Assembly (NCBI RefSeq): GCF_006345805.1
Contig: NC_043009.1
Coordinates: 7,378,001 to 7,442,000, forward strand
From: Octopus sinensis
Lineage: Eukaryota
Reading direction: 5' to 3'
DNA: 64,000 nucleotides
Position 1 is the stretch's first letter; each line of letters begins with the position of its first letter. Positions 13,451-26,428 of this stretch are shown here, in pieces. The position numbers and the translations under genes were made by a program. Under the pieces are notes generated by a model. The model was not told where the DNA came from. It worked only from the letters and a program-made list of their open reading frames with translations, and made no database searches.

Positions 13451-13727
13451 TTTTACATTCGAAATAACCTGCAGAATAGAGAAAGTCATAGCCTAGCGTT
13501 GCGACACGCACGCACCAATAACAAGAACAATATCAGGCTAAGTTACTTACCATGAAGATAAGTGCGGAGAAACAACTGCTGCAGTGATTTGTTTATTTTG
13601 GTCGATTCAGTTGAACTCACCTGTAAAATAGGGTTGAAACACTCTTAATTTAAACTTACTACTCTAGAAAAGGATATATGGGATTGTGCGGTCCTGGGTG
13701 CATTGTGCATTAGGTAAAAGAATATAT

Positions 13728-14090
13728 GGCGCAGGGGTTGCTCTGTGGTAAGTAGCTTGCTTAGCAGCCACATGGTTCCGGGGTCTGTCCTTGGGCAAGT
13801 GTCTTCTAATATAGCTTCGGACCGACCAAAGCCTTGTGAGTGGAGTTGGCAGACGGAAACTGAAAGAAACCCGTCGTATATATGTATATGTATATGTATA
13901 TGTATGTGTGTGTGTGTTTGTGTGTCTGTGTTTGGCCCCCCAACGTCGCTTGACAACTGATGCTGGTGTGTTTACGCCCCTGCAACTTAGCGGTTCGGCA
14001 AAAGAGACCGATAGAATAAATACTAGGCTTACAAAGAATAAGTCCTGGGGTCGATTTGCTCGCAGTCAAATGACTGAAGCAAGTAAAAGA
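13728..14090 (+). mobile_element. SINE family A, full length with internal deletions
   Basis: GGCGCAGGGGTTGCTCTGTGGTAAG head through GCAGTCAAATGACTGAAGCAAGTAAAAGA tail. Confidence 0.9.
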
Positions 14091-14359
14091 GAGTGTCATA
14101 GACATAATCGATTAGGGCTAAGTTGTGTCTAAGCAAAAGCAACGGCTGCGAATATTTTACAGAAATTGATTGGAGAGTTTTGAAAATACAATTTACCATT
14201 GCTGTCACTGGAGTGGTAGTTTTAATTCAATGATGTTTCAGATGCTATTCCACCAAGCTGGAAGACCATTTTAGAAATTAACTCTGCCGGGTCGGTCAAA
14301 ATGAACAAAACACTACAGATCTTATTTCTCTGTACTCATCTATATGGTGAGTAGCTTAG

Positions 14360-14533
14360 CATGTTGTTGTTGTTGTTGTTGTTATTGTTGTCGTCGTCGT
14401 CGTCGTCGTCTTCTTCTTCTTCTTCTTCTTCTTCTTCTTCTTCTTCTTCTTCTTCTTCTTCTTCTTCTTCTTTTTCTTCTTCTTCTTCTTCTTTTTCTTC
14501 TTCTTCTTCTTCTTCTTCTTCTTCTTCTTCTTC
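14360..14533. repeat. (TTG)n(TCG)n(TTC)n compound microsatellite
   Basis: Direct reading; may be the (GAA)n tail of a minus-strand LINE 3' end at 14534-14800. Confidence 0.95.
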
Positions 14534-14835
14534 CAATCAGGACTCACGCCATTAGCCACAAAGAATAATCTCTAATTAGCGCCTCCACTAAGGTCCTAAG
14601 AATGCGTGTGGCAACTTGAAGATCCCCCACCACACGTGATAGACTGGCTGTTCCATGGGCGCGAAAGCTACGTTGTTATCCTCATTCCGTAAACGGTGGA
14701 TTTTAACGGGTGGAGAGCTGAACCATCTTGCAGTACAGAGGATTCGCAATCTAGACTAGGGTCTGAAAGTTTTACTACACCATAGTGGGTTACACCATGG
14801 TTCCTCTGCTTTGTGGCAGAAGTAGTACGAAATAA

Positions 14836-15221
14836 TGAGAGAAAGTTGTGGTGAAAGTGTACAGCGGGGTTCCCCGCCGGAGCTTCGTGGAGCTTAGGTG
14901 TTTTTGCTCAATAAACACTCACAATACTCGGTCTGGGAATCGAAACCGCGTTCTTACGACCGCGAGTCCATTGCCTTAACCACTGAGCAATTGCGCCTCC
15001 ACTGTTGTTGTTGCTTGTTTGTTTGTTGAGCGAAGCGGTCTTCTTCCCAGAGTGTGAGAAGTCCGAAACGTGGTCCTTTGCTATTCGTAAGACCCGCAGA
15101 AGATAAAGCAGATCAACCCTCGACACCGAGAGCATCGACGGATGGATGAATGCGCATCCAGGCTCAGCGGTTGCGTAGGAAGACGGGGACAAGAAACAGG
15201 AAGAAAGAGTGAGAGAAAGTT
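14836..15221 (-). mobile_element. SINE family B in permuted order (3' half then 5' half)
   Basis: Minus strand reads 3' body (15221-15001), (CAA)n-like tail, then the tRNA head GGAGGCGCAATTGCTCAGTGG (15000-14836); 12-bp direct repeat TGAGAGAAAGTT at 14836 and 15210. Confidence 0.85.
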
Positions 15222-15707
15222 TCTATGTTGATTTCTGTTGCACGTCTGATCCCATCCTCTATGAGTTGAGCTGGGTAATGTCTGTCAATTAGGGTGTTTT
15301 TGAGTTCTTGCAGTCTAAAGTTCCTGGTATTTTGTTCTGACACTATTGTGCATATCCTTCTTGCAAGGTTGAAGGATGTTTGTTTTAGTGTGTCTTGGGT
15401 GGCATGAATTAAAAAGAAGGTATTGTTTGGCGTCTGTGGCTTTGTAAAAAATGTCTGTTTCTATTTTAAGGTTAATTTTTTTAATTAGTATATCCAAGAA
15501 CGGGAGCTCCTTTTGGTTGTATTCCATTGTGAACTGTATATTTGGGTTTATGCTGTTCAATAGGTTTTTAAATTTTAGGAGTTTATCTGTGTTTTCATTC
15601 CAGAGAATAAAACAATCGTCTAAGAATCGTTTCCAATTCTCTTTTATGTATTGAGAGAGGGGGTTTCCAAAGATTGATAAAGATTCCTGGTAAATGATTA
15701 TTTCCAT
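15216..15707 (-). mobile_element. Penelope-like element RT C-terminal/thumb fragment (inverted segment, one frameshift)
   Basis: WKRFLDDCF, IQFTME, LPFLDILI, TDIFYKAT..QYLLFNSCHPRHTK and, after a frameshift, NLARRICTIVS: PLE RT motifs. Confidence 0.93.
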
Positions 15708-16600
15708 GTGCAACAGAAATCAACATAGAAACTTTAAGAAAAGTTCAACACAACAACACACCTTCCCCGAAAATACTACCTTACATATCTACATACAACC
15801 CCAGAAACAAAGAAGCCTTCACCATCATCACCCAGAATTTACCAATACTTCATAAAGACCCCAAATTAAAGGAAATTCTAAACATACACCAAATCATTAA
15901 AAGCTACAAACAGCCTAAATCACTTAAAAAGATTCTCACAAAGCAAAATTGTCTTCTGAAATTACGGATGCAAAATTTAAAAAATGTGGTAGATGGAACT
16001 GTGCAACATGTCCTAACCTGCTAGAAGGATCAGAATTCCTGTTTAAAGAAGGACAGAAATTCAAGATCAAATCTAACTTTACTTGTGCCTCTGAAAACAT
16101 AATTTATGTCATAAAATGCTCGGGCTGCCACCAAGACCACGTGGGTTCCACGGGACTATCACTCAGACGTAGATGCACACTGCATCGACAACAGATTGCA
16201 TTCCCAGAATATAGAATGATACCTTTTAGTGAGCACATTGAGAAATGCGCAAAGCAACTACTACCACAATTTTTAATCTTTCCATTTTACCAATGTGCTT
16301 TCGGATCATCAACACAAATTAGACTAAACAAGGAAACATTCTTCATTGAAAAGTACAAGCCCAGACTCAACCATCCGAACATACTGATACAGAGAAATTC
16401 ACACCAATGGAAAGGAAAAAAATTTTAAGCGATTATCTCCCTTACACCGGAATAAATCACTCACTACCTCCCCTTATTTAGAACTCTCCTGAACATAAAT
16501 ATAACGATAACTCTATTCAACATAAACATAACGTCCCAAGAAATTTGAAAAGCTACACGCGAAACCGGTCTTTCTTTTAAATTATGTCATTATAAGAGAA
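15708..16600 (+). mobile_element. Penelope-like element linker plus GIY-YIG endonuclease (Neptune-like Zn-finger) and 3' end
   Basis: LPYISTYNP...KQPKSLKKILT linker, frameshift, KCGRWNCATC Zn motif, NFTCASENIIYVIKCSGCHQDHVGSTG GIY-YIG, R..KETFFIEKYKPRLN; ORF ends at 16428. Confidence 0.92.
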
Positions 16601-16746
16601 AAAAATTTTTTTTAATTTTCTAATATTCTTCAGACATATTGACGCAAATATATATATTTTTTTAACATTTAAGCCTTCTGTAGTTTTTTCACTCTTTACT
16701 ATTTTCTATATATTCACCCACGTGCTTTCACAAACCAACTTTCTTA

Positions 16747-16800
<54 letters not shown>

Positions 16801-16803
<3 letters not shown>

Positions 16804-16990
16804 AGAGTTTACGAAAAAAACAATAGACGAAGATAGGTGGTGTAGAAAACAAACAGATGTATTAGTATAACGCTCAGGAATAGAAAAAAAGTCTTTTACG
16901 CTTCGAGCCTACACCCTTCCACATAAAGGAACACAGAAAGAAACAAGGAGAGAAAAAAATATGTGTAGTTGCTAACGATCTATCATGGCG
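16801..16990 (-). mobile_element. short PLE-terminal-repeat-like element (family of 46230 and 49120), decayed HHR
   Basis: Reverse complement aligns to 46226-46410; HHR remnant at 16893-16928; adjoins (TA)n. Confidence 0.75.
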
Positions 16991-18769
16991 ATATATATAT
17001 AATATGCCACGATACATGCAATGTCCCACTTTACAAAAAGAAATGAACCGCTGGATAACGTAAGCCAGGGTCCCTGGACAAAGGGAAAAGGTTGGATGGT
17101 CACGGCTGGAATGCCTCTAGTTATAAGCATGCTCGGACGAAGGTGACCTAAAGTTAAGCAAAAAACAACACTATGCATAAACAGAAGCGTGTAATACTTC
17201 CATATATGGAGGTGGTTTTGTTCCCTATTTCAAACAGCAACCGTAGAACATATATTATAAAACGAATTGATTTGCTAGGCTCATACTCTGATATCGTAGA
17301 AAAGAATGCCCTACATTCATTTTTATTCGCTTAATTCCTATATTGACTACTTACAGCGGCACATATCCGGTATCATCGTATCGACATCACTATAATTCCA
17401 TTTTAATCATTAGAAGTAAAAAAACAACAAAAAAATTTAAAACAGCATGGTATGTAAATCTGTGTAAGGGTAAAGTTCTGGCAGCTATGGACACATCATT
17501 TGGCAGGTTACATTCAATGATGTTTTATCCCTTTCTACATCGTTGTGTATAACCCTTAACAACGTGGTCGCCATAATAGATCAATATAGAAAATAAATAC
17601 ATAAATAAATTAGAAGCAAAAACATATTTGTCGTATTTTTTTCTTTACCTTAATAATTTTTTTTCCGATATTTCCTTACATTTTTTTTTCTTTTTTCTTA
17701 CAGAAAAATTTATTTTAGATTTCAAAAGTCCTTTACAGACTAGCAAGTCAGTTAAAACACAATTTGAAAGGCAGGAAAATGAGAAGAATAAGAAAAGGAA
17801 TAAACATGTTTTCAATGCAATCTGTTGCTATGACAATATCTCATTTATTTGCTGTTAAATCTCATCTTTACCAAACTAATTAAATATTTTATGTATCCCC
17901 ATAAGGCAGTGGGTACAAAGTTGTAATTCCATTTGATTGCAATCCGGCAGAAGAAATATAAAGCCGGACGATTTAACAACTTCCTTTATAGGTTTTTAAA
18001 AAAGAAGTAGTATATGTACATCAACGTGGTGTAAAGAAAAAGGCTGAGAAGCATTAAAAAAAAATTGGCCAATAGAATGTGTTAGGTTGAATCTAAAAAT
18101 CCATTCAGTGTAAAGGGTTGCTGCCTGTTTTGAAAGAAATTATTCTACTGCCAGAAGCTCTCACAATGCAGGAACTATTCTCTGCACAAAGAGGCCAAAC
18201 ACAGGATCACGCTTTTACATAATTTATAACGATAAAAAGAAATAGAAGTTAAAAAAAATATCGAAATGAAATACAAAACATAATAAATCTGACGAGAAGA
18301 AAGTCTGATTCCAAAGAGACATAACATGGTATATTAATCCACACATTTTTTTTTTTAATCTTATGTTTTCCTGCTCTGTTTTATGTTCTCTCTCTCTCTC
18401 TCTTTCTCTCTCTGTCTTGTATTATCTGTCTAATGCAAGGTTAAGAAGTGAATACACATGAATTATTTAAGTTGGCACAAACAACAAAACTTGTGTATGC
18501 TGCTCAGTAATAAAATAAATTATAGCAAAAATTGTTGAGATTTAATAGACGAAGTAATTCTTATGTCTAAAGATCGTGTTCGTAGACACATAAATACTTC
18601 TTTCTTGTAATTTACCCAAAATTTTAGGATGCAGTCAATAAACTATGACGAGGACAGAAGTAAAATCTATACATATACATGTGCGTGTATATATGCCTAC
18701 ATACACACACACACACACGTGTATATGCATGTATGTGTGTGTGTGTGTGTGTGTGTTAACATGTAGTAG

Positions 18770-19035
18770 AAGCAACAGGTTGACTCAAGGATCGAGAATT
18801 TCGTGCGTTGGCTCTTATCAAACTAGTTACAGGCTGAAGAACTGTGGGTTTATATACCAGGTAGAAATTACTTGGTAATTACTCTTGAGTGTTCTAGATT
18901 GAATTTTAAAAACAATTACAATGTCACGTGGATAATTCATATTTTTCAGATAGTTTGCTCGTTATGTCTTTCAAATACATGAAGAATAAATATATTCATA
19001 TCTTGAGTTCTATTTTTCCTGTTTGTATCACCATA
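18770..19035 (-). mobile_element. PLE-terminal-repeat-like element with U3-A8 HHR-like motif
   Basis: Minus strand CTAGT-TTGATAA-GAGCCAACGCAC-GAAA-TTC...GAGTC; shares sequence with 33746-33990. Confidence 0.65.
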
Positions 19036-19044
19036 CCTATATAT

Positions 19045-19083
<39 letters not shown>

Positions 19084-19122
19084 TATATATATATAGATAT
19101 ATATATATTTATTATATATATA

Positions 19123-19197
<75 letters not shown>

Positions 19198-19929
19198 CAT
19201 ATATATATTTATCTATATATATATCTTATAATAATGACATGTCAGTCCGTTACTTAGCCCGTCTCTAACGTTTCCACGTTATTTGTTGAATGGGGAGGGA
19301 TGTGATGAGTGATGAGGGGGAGAGGAGGTGATGATGAGTGAATTTTTTAAAACTAAGTTCTTTTCCTCCATTACTTAGCCTGTCTGTAACGCTTTCACAT
19401 AGTTAATTGAAGGGAAAGGCATAGAGCGAAAGAAAAAAAAGAAAAACAGAGTAAGGCAAAGAGTGAAGTAGAAAGAAGGAGAGTGTTGTGCATTACGTCT
19501 CTAAAATTGAGAATAAAGTAAATATATAAAGTGCATTAAGTAATCATCGAATTCTAATTTCCTTCGTTTTCAATGAATAACAGAGGAAAGAGTATCTTTT
19601 GATGCAGTCACAACACAGGTTACGGTTTTCAGATTTTGGGGATACAGTTTTCAGAAATAACCCAATAGGTTTACCATTTATTCCGTTAATTATTCACGGG
19701 TCCGGCTAGTATTTCAATAATTCGCGTAGGCATTGCAAGACAGACAACCCGATGTAGAACTCAATACACGTAGATTTCAGAACGAAGTGTTAATTGAGTA
19801 TAGAGCGGTTCCCAAATAAATTGCACTTCATCATATTCGAGGCTCCGATTTTGCTAAAAGGAGTTCTTCAGACACTCAGCTGTGAGCCCACTGCATCTTA
19901 TAGCAGAAAAGGCTGTAAGATAACGAAGT

Positions 19930-19980
<51 letters not shown>

Positions 19981-19982
<2 letters not shown>

Positions 19983-20282
19983 AGGCGCTATGACCCAGTG
20001 GTTAGGGCAGTGGACTCGTGGTCGTAGGATCGCGGTTTCGATTCCCAGACCGGGCGTTGTGAGCGTTTATTCAGCGAAAACACCTAAAGCTCCACGAGGC
20101 TCCGGCAGGGGGTGTTGGCGATCCCTGCTGTACTCTTTTGCCACAACTTTTTCTTACTCTTTCTTCTCTTGGCCTGCTCGCTTAGCCAGCGGGGTGGCGT
20201 CATTCGAATGCTAAAACAATGCGAAGCGCATTGTGACCAGCGATGTGTAGCAACATCGTATAGTCTGCTCGGTCACGGTGAT
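19981..20282 (+). mobile_element. SINE family B, tail variant 3
   Basis: GGAGGCGCTATGACCCAGTGGTTAGGG head, GGTTTCGATTCCC B-box; 3' part CTCGCTTAGCCAGCGGGGTGGCG...GGTCACGGTGAT differs from the other copies. Confidence 0.9.
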
Positions 20283-22102
20283 ATATATATATCAAAAGGA
20301 TCAACAATAAATGGTATGTTATGTACAAAAACACAACACATCGCTTCGTCTAGGAACCGAAACAACAATCTTGCAATCATGACTGCCACTTCCTAACCAC
20401 TAAATAATTCATTATACAGTTTGGGTTAATATTTTTTTATTATAAGTAGAAAATTCTTAATTAGTTACTCAGAATTTCTGGTTACCGAACCTTCAGTCGT
20501 GTGAAATCTTACTAACGTGGAACTTAGAGTACGAATGCAGGAAGCATCAGATTCTTATTTAAAAAAATAAATTTGAGTTTGTGTGTGTGTGTGTGTGTGT
20601 TTCTCGCGAAGTGAAGGTGGGGGTTGAAATTGAGATAAAAGGAGAGGGGTTTGAGAGAGAGAGAGTAAGTCAAATACAGAAAGACTGTTGTGCAGTTATT
20701 TATTTTTCAAATGCGTTCTAGTTAATGACATTAAAACTTTGCCGACTAATTAACTTCCTGTGTAAAATGTATAATATATTTTAATTTGCCGCATATTTTG
20801 ATCACTTTTTATCAATAGACGTTCATTAAATGTGTTTTTATTTTCCTAAATATGTAATACATTCATACACATTTAAAAAATAAAGGTTACTAGTTCAAAT
20901 CGCACCCTCAATTGCCTTGTTATCACTGCAGTCTTGCTCCCTCATTCGCTCGGTCTCTTCATTTTGTTTGTTTTGTGTCGTTTTAATAAACAGGGTTTTC
21001 CAAGAGGCCTGCATAATATTTTATTTTATCTTCTGTTGATTTTGTAATTTTCATGTTTGTAAACGCCGAAATGATGTGATACCCAGCTGCAAATATATAT
21101 GCAGTGTGAAAATCCGGGTATATATATTTTTTTATTTTGCTACAAAATATCTTATGTCTGAATCTCCTTAGAAGGAAAATCCCGTTTTGTGAATCCTCTC
21201 GTTGATACATTGCTTTACCCATTGAAACGCCCAACTTTAGGAGGCTAAAGAATCTGGGCAAATATCTTATGAGCAATATCATGCTAAAATACTATATTTA
21301 GTATGTTCTAAATATCTGTGTGGTATTAATTAACTGCCTTTTCTTTATAAAAGAAATCCATTATACACAACTTGCGAAACATACGTGAACCATTAACCTT
21401 CTTCAGTAAGATGTATCGTCACAATATTCGTTTTTAGTTTTTCATAGCAGGATATTATATTTTGTCTTTTACCACCGTAAACTCCAACTTGAATTCTCGA
21501 AATTGCAACTCGAATTTTGAAGATTATTGCATAATGAGAACCAATTACCTTTTCACGAACATATTTCTTGTGTAACAAAAAGACGAGAGGTTTCCTACAA
21601 ATCTTAGGTTTTAAAAAAAAGATAAATGATGTCAACTCGATAGCAAAGAAAACAACAGACATTCTATCACCCCGCAGGTTTTTGCTAATATACGCCATCA
21701 AAATTAATTGGTTCCTTCAGCCGAAAGCTAGAATATTGCGCCTTAATTGGATGCTCAAAAACAGTTGCTATTTATCCTGTAATTAGAAGCGTTTGATAAT
21801 CCACCTATTTATTATGCAATTAAAAATAGTATTGGTAGGCTAGCAGTGCTGCAGTCCAAGTTCCTGGGCCTCTCTTTACTGTTTGTTCTTTCGAACAGTA
21901 TTTAGATGGTAATTGGTTGTTCTAATGCGACTCATACTTGCGTAACTTCTCCACTTCATCTGGAGCTTATGGATCATGTAAAGCTCATTAAAGCAAATCA
22001 CACGCACGCGCGCACTCACACACACACGCACAGAGATATATATGTATGTATGTATGCAGATAGAGAGGACGTACATACACATATACATACATACATGCAT
22101 AT

Positions 22103-22148
<46 letters not shown>

Positions 22149-22869
22149 TATATATATTATATATATATATATATATGAATTTATCTATGCATGTGTGGTA
22201 CGTAATTAAATATACACATACATGCGAAGACACGCACACATCTATATCTGTCTTTCTACTGTATATATATTATATATTATATATATATATATATTATATA
22301 TATATTATATATATATATGTATGTATGTATGTATATATATGTGGGGTGTGTTTGTGTGCGTGCGTATGCGTAACATATATACGTATAGATACAAATACTA
22401 TATACACGTTTGCATGTCTTGTGTGTGTATGTAAACATGTGTAAATATATACGCATTGATTTGCTTTAGGTAATAAGTATGCATATATGCACGTAGTTAT
22501 GTATGTCATTCATTTTTATTTCAAGATTTCTTGCCGATAGAGAAACAGTCGGTTTGCCCCTTAGATCCGAGGCTCCTTCGTTGGAATTCCAACATCAACA
22601 AGATATTTTTGTATGTATGTATGTATGTATGTATGTATGTATGTATGTATGTATGTATGTATGTATGTATGTATGTGTGTATGTATGCATGTATGTGTGT
22701 GTGTATGTATATGTGCGATCTTCCTGTTTTGTTTTATGAATGTATTCTCATGCATATAGTTGCTTGTTTAGTCATAAATATTTAACACATAAATTTAAAC
22801 TTCTCAAGGTTAGCATTTAGGCAGTGTGTTACATATCCCAGTGCCCCTATAATTCTTCTTTTCTTTATG

Positions 22870-23390
22870 CCTTTAACCCTCCAACGCATAGTATAGGCCA
22901 CTTATAGTTGAATTCCATGTCGCATAATTTTCCGCTTCTGTACTTATACTCTGCCATGAATGTCCCTCTCTTTCTTGTTCCTTTTATGTTGATTTCCGCC
23001 ACGAGTTCCTAGGCCTACCTCTCCCTCTATACCCATCCGGTTTCCGCTATAAAGCACTCGTCGCTACATTTGGTGTGTCTTTTCTAATTGTGCTACCAAT
23101 CCACTTCCACTTTTTCTTCAATATTTGCTCCCTAATCGAAACTTAATTTGTTCTTTGCTATAGCTCCCTATTGCTTATGTGTTTGGGCCATCTAATTTTA
23201 AGTATACTACGCAAGCATCTGTTGACGAATGATTGTATTTACTTATTTGATTTAACTATTGTTCGCCATGTCTCAACCCCATACAATATGTATGCCCCTA
23301 TAATTACAGGTATAAAACTGAACTTACAATCTAGATAGAGCAGCTACAAATTCCTCAATAGTTCAGCGTAGTTATTTTGTTCCTCGATGA
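22870..23390 (-). mobile_element. RTE-clade LINE RT C-terminal remnant
   Basis: Minus strand gives YGVETWR, QSFVNRCLRSILKI.WP.HISN, QILKKKWKWIG, GRGRPRNSWRKS across stops and frameshifts. Confidence 0.8.
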
Positions 23391-23949
23391 AATTTAGCTT
23401 TAAGATAACATCTGCTGGACAGCTGATTTCCAGAACTGTACAGTTTCTCTTCTCGCCCCCAAATTACTATGTCAGTCTATTATGTTTACATTTTATTGAG
23501 GTTTTCACTGGGACATTCCGCCATATGTATGTATATATGTATGTATTATGTATGTATGTCAAGTCACTTTCAAGTGCTACTGGTAACATGTAACCCAGTA
23601 CAACCTGTTGCATGGTCGGGTCGTCGGCGACTAAACCGGCAACCCCACCAATCTTGCTTGGTGAGGAGGACACCCTGCGGGATGAAAATCAAAACCTGTC
23701 AAAGTGTGGAGGAACTCTTGAGAGTCAACGGCCATCCAATAAATGTCTTAAGGCTGTATCATGCGTGGGGACATCGAAATAATCGGACTGAATACCCGAT
23801 CGCGCGGTTAAACCATTGGGAGTGAAGGACTCCTAGCCTTTATTAGGGCATCCTTCTAGGAGAAGTTGACTTGTTCTTCTTTTCGGATTATGACTGCTGT
23901 TGCTTAGTGAGTGGGATTGACTCAGTGCACAGCCTTTCCTCACTTTAAA

Positions 23950-24041
23950 AAAAATCTTGCACAGGCATTGCACGATAAAAACATTGATTAAGCTTCGTGC
24001 AATGGCCTTACTCGATAACGAGGGGGCAGCCACCATGTATG

Positions 24042-24075
<34 letters not shown>

Positions 24076-25330
24076 TGTATGTATGTATGTATGTATGTAT
24101 GTATGCATGAGTGAATCTGCATGGAACGAATCGTCAGAAAGAAACTGATAACATTCCAAGCAGAAAATGACTTGCTGAACTCTATGCAGCGTGATTTCTG
24201 CCAAGGAAGACGTTGTTTCACACAATTCGTACGGCATGGTAATTGCATTTTGAAGCAGATACTCGACCATTCAAAAGTCGATGTGATTTGTCTGGACTTT
24301 GCAAACGCTTTTGGCAAGGTGGATCATGGCATGATAAATCAGAAGGTACGAGATCATTGCATAAGTTGTAACTAAGTGAAGTTGCAACATAACTTCTTAA
24401 AAATATAAAAGTCAGGCAGATGCAGCTAATGGCACTCTTTCTATGCAATCACAAACACCGAAAGGAATCCCTCAAAGAAGTCTCATGTAACCTTACTGTT
24501 TATAATGGTTCATTTATACAGGGCCATCTTATTCAGACAGCCACTGACACTAACTATGCCTATGATACAAAATTATCAGAAATTACATTGATGATGCCGC
24601 AAGCTTGTAACGGAACCTGAATGCAATAAACAAGTGGACTGGGAAAAACCACGTTCTGGTCAATGGTGGAACAATTCAAACAATGCGTTGTCAGCTCACA
24701 AATACATCGCAGACTCCATGTACTTGACCGGAGGGTGCTGCATTCCCAGAGTCACAGACAATGAGAAACTTGAGGATCACTACGTGTTATGATACGTCTT
24801 TTCATATGCACATTATGAAGATGGCAACAAAGTATATACCAAAGGACCAAGATGTCACGTTGACTCTGTGGAAGACCTTTGTTTTCAGCCCTCTGGACTA
24901 CTGACCTAAGTGTGAAACTAACAACGAAGCTTGAATCGATTCAATGCTTTTACGCTGAAAAGATTGCTACAGGACAGCAGATGAACTACAGTGAGAAGCT
25001 CAGAAGATTAAGATATTTCTTTTATTCCAGGAGCAAATACGTGAGAATTATGTTACAATTTACATGTGGAAAATTCTTCAAGTGCTAGTAGCTAACTTTC
25101 CCATCAGGATGTATACAAATACCCGTACAAAAAGAAGAAATCGTGTAGAAACAAAGTTTCCGTCCACTCCATTTAAAATTAGGACCATGTACTGCAATAG
25201 CTTGGGATTCAAATGCTCACATCTCTTCAATGTTCTGCCAAAAGAATTAAGAAGACTACACAATGTGGATGCGGATATGGAAAAAAATCGGGCATTTTCA
25301 TATTCGTGATATCATATCAAGCAACGACTA
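23950..25330 (+). mobile_element. CR1/L2-type LINE RT remnant, heavily decayed, interrupted by (ATGT)n
   Basis: MERIVRKKL...MQRDFCQGRRCFTQ...VDVICLDFANAFGKVDH; LESIQ..Y; CNSLGFKCSHLFNVLPKELR. Confidence 0.85.
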
Positions 25331-25541
25331 AGTATAAATTACAAACGAGTGTGACTGTATCAAACACCGTCATACACAAAATTAGCTTACAGCCATGAAA
25401 AAATGCATGGAAGAATGGGGATATGAAATCCCACGACGCAGAAGATATAAAGCATATAAGAGGGCTTTGGAAAGGGTTAAAAGAGACGGTGGTGCTCCAC
25501 AATGACCGCAGCAGCATGGCTGATACACGCACACACACACA

Positions 25542-26428
25542 CGGAGTGCGACGGGTAAATTGGCAACATATTTGTATTTTTAATTTCGCTCATGCGCTTT
25601 GTTTCTTTTCGATTTTGTCGACTACACAGTATAGTAGGGTCCGTTGGGCACCGTCTGTGCGAATGACAACACCATAAAGCAATTCACTCTGCCAGAAATT
25701 TGGAAACGACATGCTGTGCTTCTTGGAATTCGAGCCGGAAGCTTCAATACGAACATTCATAGTGTTTGAGTGTCAATCTGAAGAGAGTGCAAACTGAGGG
25801 CATGTATCAAGAGTGAAAAATCAAACATCCAGTCAATATCATGGTGCTTAGAGGGATCACTAGCGATGGTGACGTTATGCCTCCATTTATCTCTCCACAT
25901 GACCTCAGACTCAACACAGAGGCCTACATCAAGTGCCTGGAGGAGGTAATGTTGCTTTGGGTCGAGAGGGTGGCTACTGGAAGACCCTATGCCTGGCAAC
26001 AGGACTCTGCACCATGCCACACAAACAGGAGAACCCAGTCATGGCTGTCAGACAATTTCTGTGACCACATCACCCCTAACATCTGGCCACCCAACTCACC
26101 AGACTCCGAACCCCTTGATTACTATGTGTGGGACGCAATTGAGAGAGAGACCAACAAAACTTCTTGTTGCACCAAAGATGAACTGAAGGCAAGGATTATG
26201 ACAGCATTCACCAATTTAAACAAGGAAACCGTCCAGAAGATTTGCAAGAGATTCTGAAGTCGTCTGGATGCCATGGTTGAAACCAATGGCAATTCTATTG
26301 TATGAGCTTACTCTTTAGCATTTCAAGATATTTTTCTGTAATTTTCGTAAATATATCTGCTGAAATGAGATGTCAATGTTATTTTCAATTTTGCGTAACG
26401 TAGACAACAGTTTATTCACCGCACCCTG
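25542..26428 (+). mobile_element. Tc1/mariner DD37D (maT-like) transposon, internally deleted
   Basis: N-terminal KQFTLPEIWKRHAVLLGIRAGS joined to a C-terminal ORF (25841-26257) with QQDSAPCHT...WPPNSPDSEPLDYYVW (37 residues between the Asps); right TIR ...TTTATTCACCGCACCCTG+TA; left TIR degenerate (14/21 match). Confidence 0.9.

Noticed and set aside
20983-21701. Faint resemblance to a beta-1,3-galactosyltransferase (AAGY, EDxxYxGLL-like)
   Set aside because: The DxD/KxDDD motif was not found and the similarity is too weak by eye
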